Part shown: one piece after another, positions 43,801 to 55,800 of the stretch
Numbering within the stretch: position 1 is the stretch's first letter
How the letters are laid out: each line of letters opens with the position of its first letter
Origin: Gracilinanus agilis
Taxonomy: Eukaryota
Length of the DNA: 64,000 bases
Direction of reading: 5' to 3'
Assembly: GCF_016433145.1 (NCBI RefSeq)
Contig: NC_058132.1
Span: forward strand, 679,270,683-679,334,682
The notes under the pieces: model-generated
The model's database searches: none
Seen by the model: the letters and a program-made list of their open reading frames with translations, nothing else
What the model was told of the DNA's origin: nothing
Made by a program: the position numbers and the translations under genes

Positions 43801-46800
43801 CCCAGGGCAGCTAGATGACACAGAGGATAGAGCATCAGGCCTGGAGTCAGAAGGATCTGGATACAAATGTGCTGTCAGACACTTCCTAGCTTTGTGATCT
43901 TAGGTAGCCTTGATTGCCTAGCTCTTGCTGCTCTTCTGTTTTAGAATTGATACTAAGACAGAAGGCAAGGGTTTAAAATTTTTTTTTAATATAGCACATT
44001 ATATTTTCTACTTTCTGCTTTAAGAGAAACAATATACTAGTAGATTTAAGAGAAACAATATACTAATAGATTTAAAAGCTAATACATTAGGCAATGATTA
44101 TTTGCATTATAAACATTTGTTATAATAACCTTCATTATTACATTTACGAAGGAATCTCTTCTGGTTCCAATAATATAATTTACATAAACAGTACAACTAA
44201 GTTCAAAGAATTTCATTTTCAGGCTTAATGCAGACCTGCCTCAGCAGACAGGCTAAACCAGGTTGAGGGTAACCCACAGGCCTCAAACTTGTCGATGAGT
44301 TACAGAAATGTTTACTCCAAGCATGTGAAGACTTTCCTGGCAGAACAGTTTGTTCCAGTGGCCAGGAAGGCAAAAGACGCAGGAGCTGTGGAGCGCTTGG
44401 AACTTGGTCAGGCATTGAAGATGACAAGGTCATCCACTGCATCCAGAGCTAACGCCATCCATCTTCACTTTTGTCTTGCCGCTGGCCTCTGATGATTCTG
44501 GAAGAGAGAAATGCAGCCCATAACTTCTAGCACCTCTGTCTCACTTAAGTCTTATTTGTGCTTGAGTAAAAAAAAAAAAAAATGCAGCATGATGAAAACT
44601 GGCCAATATAGCTCCTCAAGAGTATCTAGAAGGCCTGGAGGGGCTGTAATAGGCATTGTTGAAGGAAGGTCCTTCTCTGAGGAATCACAAGATCTTTGGA
44701 GTGTTCACTTTGCAAGTTTAGGAACAATGATTTTGTAGAGTGAAAGAAACTAATGTGTTATTTATATCATTAAGAGCCATGATGCCAATTGAGAGGGTAC
44801 TTCTTAGGTGCCTGGGACAGAGCCATTTTCAGGGATCCTCTTGGATTTTTGACTCTGTCATTGCTTGGAACCTTCATCGACCAGCTTCCTCGACCCCTTC
44901 CAGCTCTAGTGTTCCCCTCTCAAAGGCCTGACTGCCCCCCCAGTCATCCCTTTTATCGGGATCTAGTTATTGTATAATGATTTTATACATGATCATAGCC
45001 ATATTCATAATTAAAGTTTATGGACAGATTTTGAGTCCAAACCCAGGTATAGATTGAATGTCTGGGGACCAGCTTTGCTCAATGGATAAAGGCCCTTTAC
45101 CAAACCGTGGCTGCTATGGTCTGAATTCTTTTGTCCTCCAGCAACTTCTGAAAGTATCTACTGAAGCATTGGGCATTTGGGATCAAACACAAGTTTTCTT
45201 AGTCCTCTCTTGCACAATTTTTGTTACCAAAATGAAAGTACATGTACTTGTAAAAAAGATATTAGAAGGAATAAAAATAATATACCTACCAAGAATGTTA
45301 GCATCTTTAGCAGTCAGACACTGTCAATGGTTTGAAAACATGAGGAGGAAAGAGGATAAAAATGTTTCGATTTTTGCTCAGCCTGGAAGCACACCTTGCT
45401 TTGCCCCTGCTTCCCTTGTACTGCCAGCTTCCCTTGGTCCTTGCTTTTTTCTGCTTTTGGAGCTAAAGATCACCTTAAAGCTGGTGTACCAGAAAACTCA
45501 TTAATTAGTTGTTGTCATTGTTGATTTTTTGTGTGTAGGGAGGTTAGAGTAGAAGAGAATCTGGTGAAACTATATGAAAAAGTATCAGATAATAAATATA
45601 TGTTTAGGTATGACTTAGAAAGCCACTGGATAATGCATTTTATTTTCTTTGTTTATCTTGCAGAGATTTTATTTATTGTTGACTGGGATTCCAGTAGCGG
45701 TTGGCATAACCTTGGTGAATATATTCATTGGTAAGCCTATAAAAATATGTGTATATGACTGTCACAATAAAAAAGGTCTTTGAGCTTATAATTGGGAATT
45801 GGATGTAAACAACTAACTCAGTCACTTCTGTTAATGTAAAGGCAGAGGTGGTTTAGAGTCAAGACATGGGTTTAAATCCCAGCTCTGCCATTTTCTATTT
45901 GGGTTGTGACCTTGGGCTAGTAAATGATTTAGCTTCACTTTTTACTTTCTGGACTCTTCTATTTATGGGGCTTTTTTTCCTTAGCCAGATCTATAATTTT
46001 TTCCTTTTTTTTTAAAGCTCTTGCTTTCTGTCTTAGATTCAATACTAATTATTGGTTCCAAGATAGAAAAGTGGTAAAGGCTAGGCAATGGGAATTAAGT
46101 GACTTGCCCAGGGTCACACAACTGGGAATTGTCTGAGGCTAGATTTGAACCCAGGACCTCTCCTGTCTCTAGGCCTGGGTCTCAATCTACTGAGCCACCT
46201 AGCTGCCCCTCAAATTTTTTCTTAAATGAACAGTTTCATGGAAATTTAGAAGCTTTGCTAGAGAGGAAAAGATAACATACTCGCCAAATTTCTTTTTCTT
46301 TTCTTTTTTTTTATTTAACCCTTTCCTTCCATCTCGGAATCAGTACTGAGTATTGGCTCCAAGGCAGAAGAGTGGTAAGGGCTAGACAATGGGGGTCAAG
46401 TGACTTGCCCAGGGTCACACAGCTGGGAAGTGGCTGAAGCCAGATTTGACTCTAGGACCTCCTATCTCTAGGCCTGGCTCTCAATCCACTGAGCCACCCA
46501 GTTGCCCCCCAAATTTCTATATCTATAAACATAATGAGATCTGTTGAAGGCTATTGACTTTGCCTACTGAGGCCTGGAAGTGAAGAGGCTGCAGTGGGTC
46601 TTCAGGTCTGCATCTCCAGTCCAGGGTCTACCACCTTCCTGGCCAGCTGCCCATTCTGTCATATAAACTCACTATGGAAGCATAGCATTATGGTTTGAAA
46701 TATCCAAGCTAAAAGGTCCTGTTTCTGGAATTTGACAATATAGTTTGTCCAGTTTTCCTCATTTCACATAGGCCATGCTTGGTGGGAAAGCAAAGTGTGG

Positions 46801-49800
46801 TGGCTAATCTCCCATATGTTTGCATTGGAATCTTTAAGCATTGTAATTGGTGAGGGAAGAAGGAGGAAGAAAGGGGGCAGAGATTGGGGAGGGAGCTATG
46901 TGGAGATATGGGGTAAAAGAGAGGAGTCACTGGCTCCAGAGCTGATTCTGGAAATTTACTGGTCCTGTCCTTGGAGCCCAAGGGCTCACTGCTGCTGCTA
47001 GATGGCCATGAGCTCATAAGTAACTTCACGTTTAAGGCAAAGGACCTGAAGACCCACTGCAGTCTCCTCACTTCCAGACCTCAGTAAGCAGAATCAATAG
47101 CCTTCAATAGATCTCATTATGTTTATAGATATCCCCAATGGGGTCAGGAAGAGATTGACATGATTGAAAAATGTCTTTTAACAGCAACAAAATATCTATA
47201 ATTCTATGATCTTTCTATAGAATACCTTTTGCAACATTTATTGTGAAAAGGATCCAAATTAGGGTTAAAAAACCAGGTTTGAATCCTGCTCTGGCAGACA
47301 GTGACCCTGCTGGTCATTTCACTTTTCTGAGCCTCAGTTTCTCTATTTTAAAATGGAGTTAATGTTTATACTTCCTGTCTCATAGGTATGTTCTGAGGAA
47401 AATTCTTTTAAAAACTTAAAGCACTGCAGGGATGTGAGTGCTGGATAATAGAAGATAGAAGACTCCTCCAGGGTGAAACTTATCATCTAAATGTAGACTC
47501 TGTAGTATTCTTTTTAAATACGAGCTTTCCAATCCGACTCTCTACCCCTCACTCCTCTTTGGCCTTTGGTGTCATTGGTAGAGGAGACTTCTCTACCAGT
47601 GTACATCTGCAACTTTTCTGCAAATCATAAACTCGTAGAGTTGCCTGGGATCATGTCCTCTTTCCCAAAGCAAGTATGCAAGGTCACACCGCCAGTATGT
47701 GTCAGGAGGAGGCCCTGAACCTAGGGACTTCTGAATTCTGATTCTCTTAAGCCTTGCTACACTCAAAATATTCTCATTTTACATATCAAAGACAGATGTG
47801 CCCATTAGAGAGTTTTAGGTGCTGTTAGCCCTTCCATTTCAGGACAGCCATCTGCCATTTGGGGACAGCAGTCCCACAATCATAAACTAACTCATGGCTT
47901 GTCAGGTTTTTGTAGACTTGGAAAACAAACATGCTTTGACTGGGTGGTTGCGATGGAACACCTCACACACCCACTGAAGTGCTCTTATCTTTTTTTTAAT
48001 GTTTTCATATCACGTCTAAGACAGAAGAGCAGCAAAGGCTAGGTGATCGGGGTTAAGTGACTTGCCCAGGGTCACACATCTAGACAGTTCAGATTTGAAT
48101 CCAGATCCTCTTGACTCCAGGCCTGGCACTATATTCACTGTGCTACCCAGTTGCCCCAGAAGTACTCTTATAATCAGTTATGCAGACATTCCATGCTTGA
48201 TATGTACAGACCTCCGTGCCAAATCCTAGAGCAGATGAAGTTTAATAAGGCACATTCTTTGTCCTCATGAAGTTCATGTTCTATAAGGGGAGGGGACACA
48301 TACACAAATAACAATTATTCAGAATAGTTATTGTTTGCCAAAGGGCACTAATAGAGAAAGCATGAAGGAACAGGTGGCATTTGAAAAGAGCACCAATTCT
48401 GCAGGTAGGGAAGAGCCAGGCACACTGCAGGCATTTGGAAGAACATTTCAACACTTACACTAGAGTTTGTGAAGAGGAGCAGAGGTTGCAATGGAGATGC
48501 GGCCCCAGATATCCGAGGGCAAAGCACCAGGCTAAGGTGTTTCAGCTTTATGCAGTCACCTAGAAGGGGCTTTTGAAAAGTTTTGAGTAGAGGAGTCATG
48601 CAAACAGCTCTCTATACCAGAAAGATAAATGCGATGCCACTAATGCAGATTGATAGGAAGACAGGGTGCAGGCAGGAAGGAAAACCTGTCAGAAGGCCAC
48701 ATTGTTCATGTCCGTGTGGGTGGTGATGCCCAGAGGGAGGAGGAGGAAATAGGATGGGTGCAAAAGGGTTTCTGAGCTGGGATCCCCTGTTAATGCTACA
48801 TGAAAGGTGAGAAAAGAGTGAGAGCAAACCCTGGAGTCTAGGATGGAGCAGGGAGAGAAGGGATGCTGCTGAGCAGACAAAGCAGAACCAAAGCCCTCCT
48901 GCTGGTATGGTAGGTCTGAGAAGCAGCAGAACTGCAGGTCAGCCACAGCGTTGACAGGGGACAAGGCTACAAGGAGAGAAGCATGCATGTAGGTCAGAGG
49001 GCACAGTGGAGAAGGGAATGCTGGATCAGGAAGGCCTCACTTTGGATCCTGCCCAAGACACTTAGTAGTTAGGTGACCATTGACAAATCATTTCATCTCT
49101 GAGCCTTTTTCCTCATCTCTAAAATGGGGTGGAACGGAGAGGTCTTGTCTGATCTCTAAGGATCCTTCCAGCCCTGTCTAGGATCTGATGGTCTGTGATT
49201 CTGAGATGTCTCCATTGATGACTTGTGAACCAGAAATGCCATAGAAGGCATCCCCAAGGACGCCTACTGGAAATAGAGGTAGACTAGTGATGCAGCCAGA
49301 GTGGATGCTGCCCTGGTGTCCATGGGATATTTAAGAGGTGTAGAGGATGACCTGCCGCACCTGGGGGAGATCCCCTGTGGAAGATTTAGGGAAGGAAATA
49401 GAAGTGTGGTACAGGATGCAAAGGGAGACCTCACAATGATGAGGTCATGGAGTTGTCACCTGGGAAAAGGAACCATGGCTTGTTATACCATTCTGCTGCC
49501 CCACAGCTGACACTTCAGTAAATGCTACACATTTGTGCAGAATTCTGCTCAGGGTGCTTTGTCACCTTTGAACTCCAAAGAGTCTTGTCTTGTGGAACCA
49601 AAAAGGAAATAATAAACACAGTATTCATTAGTCACCAAGCAAAGGCAAAGCCTGACTCTTGAAGCTGCAGCAAGTTGATTCTTACTTAGAGTCATGAGGA
49701 AATAATTCTGAATTTCTGGTGATTGTGTTAAAAATCTCCCTTGTCTCCTAGGCGAAGCTGAATTAGCAGAAATCCCAGAGGGCTACATTCCAGAGCACTG

Positions 49801-52800
49801 GGAGTACTACAAGGTTGGTACGGAGCACTGAACATTACAGGATGTAGTTATCTCGGCTGCTGCTCTTGGAGCAGCGAGATTGTGGGGACGTTTCATTTGT
49901 CCTTCACTCTAGCTGGCAAGAGCCTTCCCAGGCACAGATCTGTCTGTCTGTCTGTCTGTCCTCTGGCCTGTAAGATTCAAAATAAACTTTTTATCTAAGC
50001 TCATTGACCCCAGGTTAAGAACTGCTGCCTTAGAGGTAGGCATTTTGTCATTAAAAAGAGTACAACCACACATCTACACATGCATGCACACTCACATAGC
50101 ACCTAGCATTATGCTTTGAACATGCTTGATAGGTAGGTAGGTTGATGATAGACACATATACACATTTATTAAGTACTTATTCTGTGCCAAGAACTTCTCT
50201 GTAATACTTAATAAATAGTTATTGATTTGAACTGAGTTTTTATTTAGATATTGATGAAATTACCAAGATATCGTTGTAAACAGTGTTGTTAGTTTTGTTC
50301 TAGTTTATTAAGTAGACTTTAATATATTTAAATACAGATGTTTCTATTCATAGTTAATCTACTGGTATTTATTCCAATGTGTATTTTTTGTTATTTCAGT
50401 GACACTTTAAAAAATTGCTGTAAAGGACAGAATGTGTTATTCCTATTTCAAACCACAGGAATTAATAACATGATGTCAAAACCCCATTATCTTTAGATGA
50501 CTCGATGGAGGTTAAAGTGTAATATCAAAGTACTTAATCACTGAATGCTGGCCCAATATAGAAAAATCTTGTTGTAAAGTAGTCATAGCAGTGCCTCTTC
50601 CAGTAGCAAGAACTGGAAAAAGAGTTGGTGCCCCTTCACTGAGGCTGGCTAAACTGCCAGATTGGGGTTCTTGAAGAAGATAGAATATTACTGTGCTCTA
50701 AGAAATGTTGGCTGTGAATAATACAGGGTGGTATGGGGAGTATTCTATGAGCTATGAACTAATGAAAAATGAAGGAAACAGAGGCAGGAAAATTATATAT
50801 CACAACTGCAACAGGTGGGAGAGAATCAACAGCAAACCTGTCACCTGGAACTCTGCCCATATGGCTAAAGTATGGCTAAAGCCAGCCCCAGAGGAGAGGT
50901 TTGCACTTGCACTTGACCCTTCTTTCTTTGCAGAAAAGCTAGGGCACTGTGGAGCCTGTGAGAACTTTATGGACCTTTTAGGACTTGGCGGGGTCCTTTT
51001 CCTGAACTGCCTTTTCTCTTCTGTTCTTTTGTTTTTCTTTTTTTGGAGATGGTCTTATGGGGAGGAATAGAGGAGAGGTATTTGGGGAAATGATCTCTTG
51101 TGAAAAGCAGAAGATACCAAAGATACTTTATAAAAAATTTGTCCCTAGATTTGCAAACTGAGGTTTTTAAGGATTTTATGGATAATTGTTGTGCTGTTTT
51201 ATATAAAGATTCAGGTAGAATTGGGAAGGGCAGGAGGATTTTGATTTGCAAAAACTAAAGATTATAGTTTTTTTTTTAAATTTACATTTATCATAGGGCC
51301 TTATTTCTAAAAGAATCAAATGATTATTTTCATGGTCAAAACGAATTTTATCAGAGAAGAAAAATAAGATTTAGTATTAATCTTTTAGCTAAAATTTCTT
51401 GTCTTTGCTAATTCTTCATTTATCAGGAATAATCATTTTAAATGTGAAATGAAGGTGTGGGTGATGGAATTAAGAAATTAATATGAACCGTTGTCTCTCA
51501 TAGCACCCTATAACCAGGTGGATTGCACGCTATGTTTATGAACCTCCTGAAAAGGATTATGAAAGAACCATGGCCATCCTTCAAATAGAAGCTGAAAAGG
51601 CTGACCTGAGGTGAACCACAGAGGCCCCTGGGGTGGGGGGCAAAGAGGGAGTACCCTTGCCTCAGCATGCTGCTCGCATATAGAAGGAGCAGAGCTGGGT
51701 GATAAAGGGCTGGGGGAAGGCCTTTTAAGGATTAGACCAGTGATGGATAAACTTACAGCCTGTGGGCCAGATGCAGCCCCCTGAAATGCTCTATCTGGCC
51801 CTGTGACGAATGTGACGAATACAGTGAGTAGGATACAAGACAATGAAACTTCGAAAGAGTTGCCTTAGAAACAGACTGACAGATGAGCTTTTCCTTTCCT
51901 TTGGCCCCTCTTTAAAAAGTTTGCCCATCACTGGACTAGACCATCAGGCTGAGAAGCTTGCCTATAGTGCAGGGGTCGGCAATGTATGGCTCTTTCTGCA
52001 GGAGCCATAAAGTCCATTTTTTTCAGGCACTGTTATAGGAGCAGCACTGTGAGCACTGTACGGCTCTCAAGAAATTACATTTTAAAAAATGTGGCGTTTA
52101 TGGCTCTCACGGCCAAAAAGGTGGCCGACCCCTGCTCTAGTGGCTCACAAAATGGATCTGGCTAGAGCAGATACTGGGCATGGGGAGGGGAGAGTAGGAC
52201 TTGTTCTAGAGCCTAATCTTCATTGTGTTCTAGTTTGCTGGTTTATATACAACTGATGAATGATCAAAGGATGAAAATAGTAAAGCAGAGCCCTATCTGC
52301 AGGCCCATCTATCACCATCATCAAGGCCATGCATGCATGACACTCCCCTGGGGCTAAAACATGGCCCTGCGAAACTCTTACTACTCATCTCTGCACATAA
52401 CCTCAAGGGAAAGGGGGCCGCAGGGGGACTTGAGTCCTCCAGGCTTAGAGAAGTTCTGAATAAGGCCAGGAGACCCTGAGGCCCACTACCCCAGAGGGTG
52501 GGCAGGAAAGTAGGAGGGGGGGAAGAAAGACTAGCAACACTTTTTTTTTTTAAACCCTTAACTTCTGTGTATTGACTTATAGGTGGAAGAGTGGTAAGGG
52601 TGGGCAATGGGGGTCAAGTGACTTGCCCAGAGTCACACAGCTGGGAAGTGTCTGAAGGCCGGATTTGAACCTAGGACCTCCCATCTCTAGGCCTGACTCT
52701 CAATCCACTGAGCTACCCAGCTGCCCCCGCCTAGCAACACTTTTAAGACAAAGAACCTGTGAGCAGGGGTGAACCGCACTATGAACAGGGCCAGTCTGTT

Positions 52801-55800
52801 TTATGATTGGATAGACTTTAATGTTTATTGTTCTTGCAAAGATTGGGAGGAAGGGGTTTGGCCATTTGAGAGATGTCTGAGAGTCTGTACAAGGATTTGG
52901 AAGACTAATCTGACTAGAGTAGAGGTTCTTTGGAGGGAACTTCTACTAGAAGGCAAAATCAACTGCACAAGTACAGAATGCAGAGAACATTGCTTGATAC
53001 CAGCTGATGTCTTTGTAGTTCAATATTAGACAAGAGCATGGTATGAATGTTGAAAAGTTAAAATTCCATTCTAAACCCCTATAACGCAATAAAAGTTCCT
53101 TGTGGCAAAGGATGGCTTTCTTTCTGTCTTGAGATTCCCAGTAAATGTTTCCTGAATTTTTATAGTGTCTGGAACCCTGTTGGCCTTTGCCAGTGAAAAT
53201 CCATCTGGAATGTTGGGTTCACTCTCATAGGGACACTTTAAGAGATATCAACCTGGAGCACTTCTGCAGGACTGGGACTTAGGAAGATGAAACCGTATGG
53301 CCAGGAGTCTGGTGGTGCTCAGTTGAATGTTCATAGTCTGGCAGAAAGACGTGGGGCAAACATCCCATTTGTTTTAAGATTTTAAGAGCCACTAGCTAGA
53401 AAAGAGACAAAATCAGGACAGAACAAGAACCAGTAGGAGGAAAGGCACATTTTTACTTAGTAAAAACTTCCTAAGGCTAATAACATCTAAGATTTAGAAT
53501 TTAGAATTAAGATTTTCAAAGTGCTTGATATCTTACTCAGTCCTCCCAGCTCCCTTATGAGGTATGATTCCCATTTAAATCAGTGTGGAAACTGAGACTC
53601 AGAATACTATGACTTGCCCAGGGTCACAAAGTAAGTATCTGAAGTGGGATTTGAACCCAAGTCTTCCTGATTCTAAGTCCAGTTCTCCATACTGAAAAAT
53701 GGAATAGGCTTCCTTTTAAGGCACTGTCACAGCACAGAGACTGGATGATATTTTAGAGTGAGATTTATATTTGTACTTCAGCCAAGGTTGGCCTAGGTAA
53801 CTTTCCAATTCTGAGGTTTTGTGGAGAGAGCCAGCTTGGAGTCACAAGACCTGGATTTCACTTCTGTCTTTGACATTGTGGGGATTCTCTGGATTAGTCA
53901 CTGAGTTTTTTGGCCTCAGTTTCTTTATCTTGTACAAGATTGAGACTTGCACTAGATACCTCATAGAGTTGTTGGCAGACCTTAGAAATCTACTTAGGTG
54001 TGAGCTGTTATTATGAGTGAAACAGGAGGAGTCTGACCATCATTCTATTAATCAACAAGCATTTTCTTAGTACTTATGCGCCAGTTTCTGTGCTTAGCAC
54101 TGGGAATTCAGAGACAAAAATGGCAGTCCCTGCCCTCAAAGAGCTTAAAGTCTACAAGAGAAAGCAATATGTTCGTATATAGATGCAAGATGATTTGGGG
54201 AGTGGTGGGACTAATACTCATCAGGAATAGTTGCATTTAGAAAGCCATGCTTTGGTTGAGGAGACCAGGGAGTCCAGAGAGGCAGTGGAACTTAGGGGAC
54301 AGCCAATGCAGAGGCTGCAGATAGATGCAGGAGATGGACTGTCATGGGGGAATAACAACTAGAAGGCAGACTTGGTTGGGACCATCAGAAGTGTGAAGAG
54401 GAGTAATGGATAATTGAGAAAGTTTTCACTGGAACCAGTTTGTGGAAGGTATTTTAAACTACTGAAGTATATTGAGCCAGGGTCAATAATAACCTGGTCA
54501 GATCTATGCTTAGCAAGATTGCTGGCAGTTGTAGGGGGAGGATGGGTTAGTGGGGAAAGACATGAGACAGGGAAACCATAAGCCAGGATGTCACCAAAGC
54601 CCAGGTGAGAATTGATGAGGGCATGAACTTTCAGGTGATGGTCATTGTGTAAGAGGAGAAGAGGGGACACTTCTGAGAACTGTGGAGGTAGAATTGATCA
54701 GGTGTATGTCTATTGGATTTGATTAGAGACAGGTGAGGGAACCGTTGGCAGAGAGAAGAAAGCAAAAGGGAAGGGTAAGTTTTGGTGGAAAGGTGTTATT
54801 TCAGCTACTGTTGTTGATGATATGGACTCAGAGTTCAGGACACAGGCCAGGTCTTGAAATTTAGTTCAGATAAGCCTCTGTGTAGATAATTGAACCTAGG
54901 GAAGCTGGCAAGGACAGAGCCTTGGCTCATCCCCAAGGGAGGAGTGGGATTTGGATGAAGATCCAGTAAAGGAGATGGAGGAGGAGCGCCGCTATGGATA
55001 GGAGAGTAAGAGAGAGCGGTGCCTTGAAGGACACCAAAGGAGAGAGTATTCGAGAAGATAAGGCATAAGCAGGGTTCAGTGCCACAATGAAGATTGAGAT
55101 AGTTGTTTCACTTGGATGATGGAGTAAAAGAGCCAGATTGCAGAGTTTGAGAACTGAGTAAGAGGCAGCAAGTGTAGATGACTTTTTCTAGGACTTTGGC
55201 TGTGAAAGGAAAGAGATTTGGAGTAGGGTAAAAGGGAGACCTGGCAGTGCTTGTAGGAGCAGCAGAAACAAACCAGCTGTAAGGGTGCCATTAAAGATGA
55301 GAGGGAACAGAGGAGACAGTTGTGGGGAAAATTTGTCAAAGTATACAGGAGTAATTAGGGTCAGAGATAAGAAGAGATCTTGGCAAGGAAAAAACCCACT
55401 TGGATCAGGAAAGGAACAGAGAATTGAGGTGGGGGGGGGCAGTGTCCTGGGGTTCTGTGCTATAGAGTATGGATTAAAAATGGGGTAGTAAAGTGTACAT
55501 TTTACATTTATTTTTTTTTAAACCCTTAACTTCTGTGTATTGGCTCCTAGGTGGAAGAGTGGTAAGGGTGGGCAGTGGGGGTCAAGTGACTTGCCCAGGG
55601 TCACACAGCTGGGAAATGTCTGAGGCCAGATTTGAACCTAGGACCTGTTATCTCTAGGACTGGCTCTCAATCCACTGAGCCACCCAGCTGCCCCGGGGTA
55701 GTAAAGTGTAAAGTAAGGTCTACTGCCAAGAGAATGGGAAGGAGGGAGAGAGGAAGGAGGAGGAAGAGGAAAGAACAAGGGTGAGAAAGTTTATGATTAG

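Noticed and set aside
45058-45504. 148-aa intronic ORF
   Set aside because: No homology recognised and low-information composition; consistent with chance.
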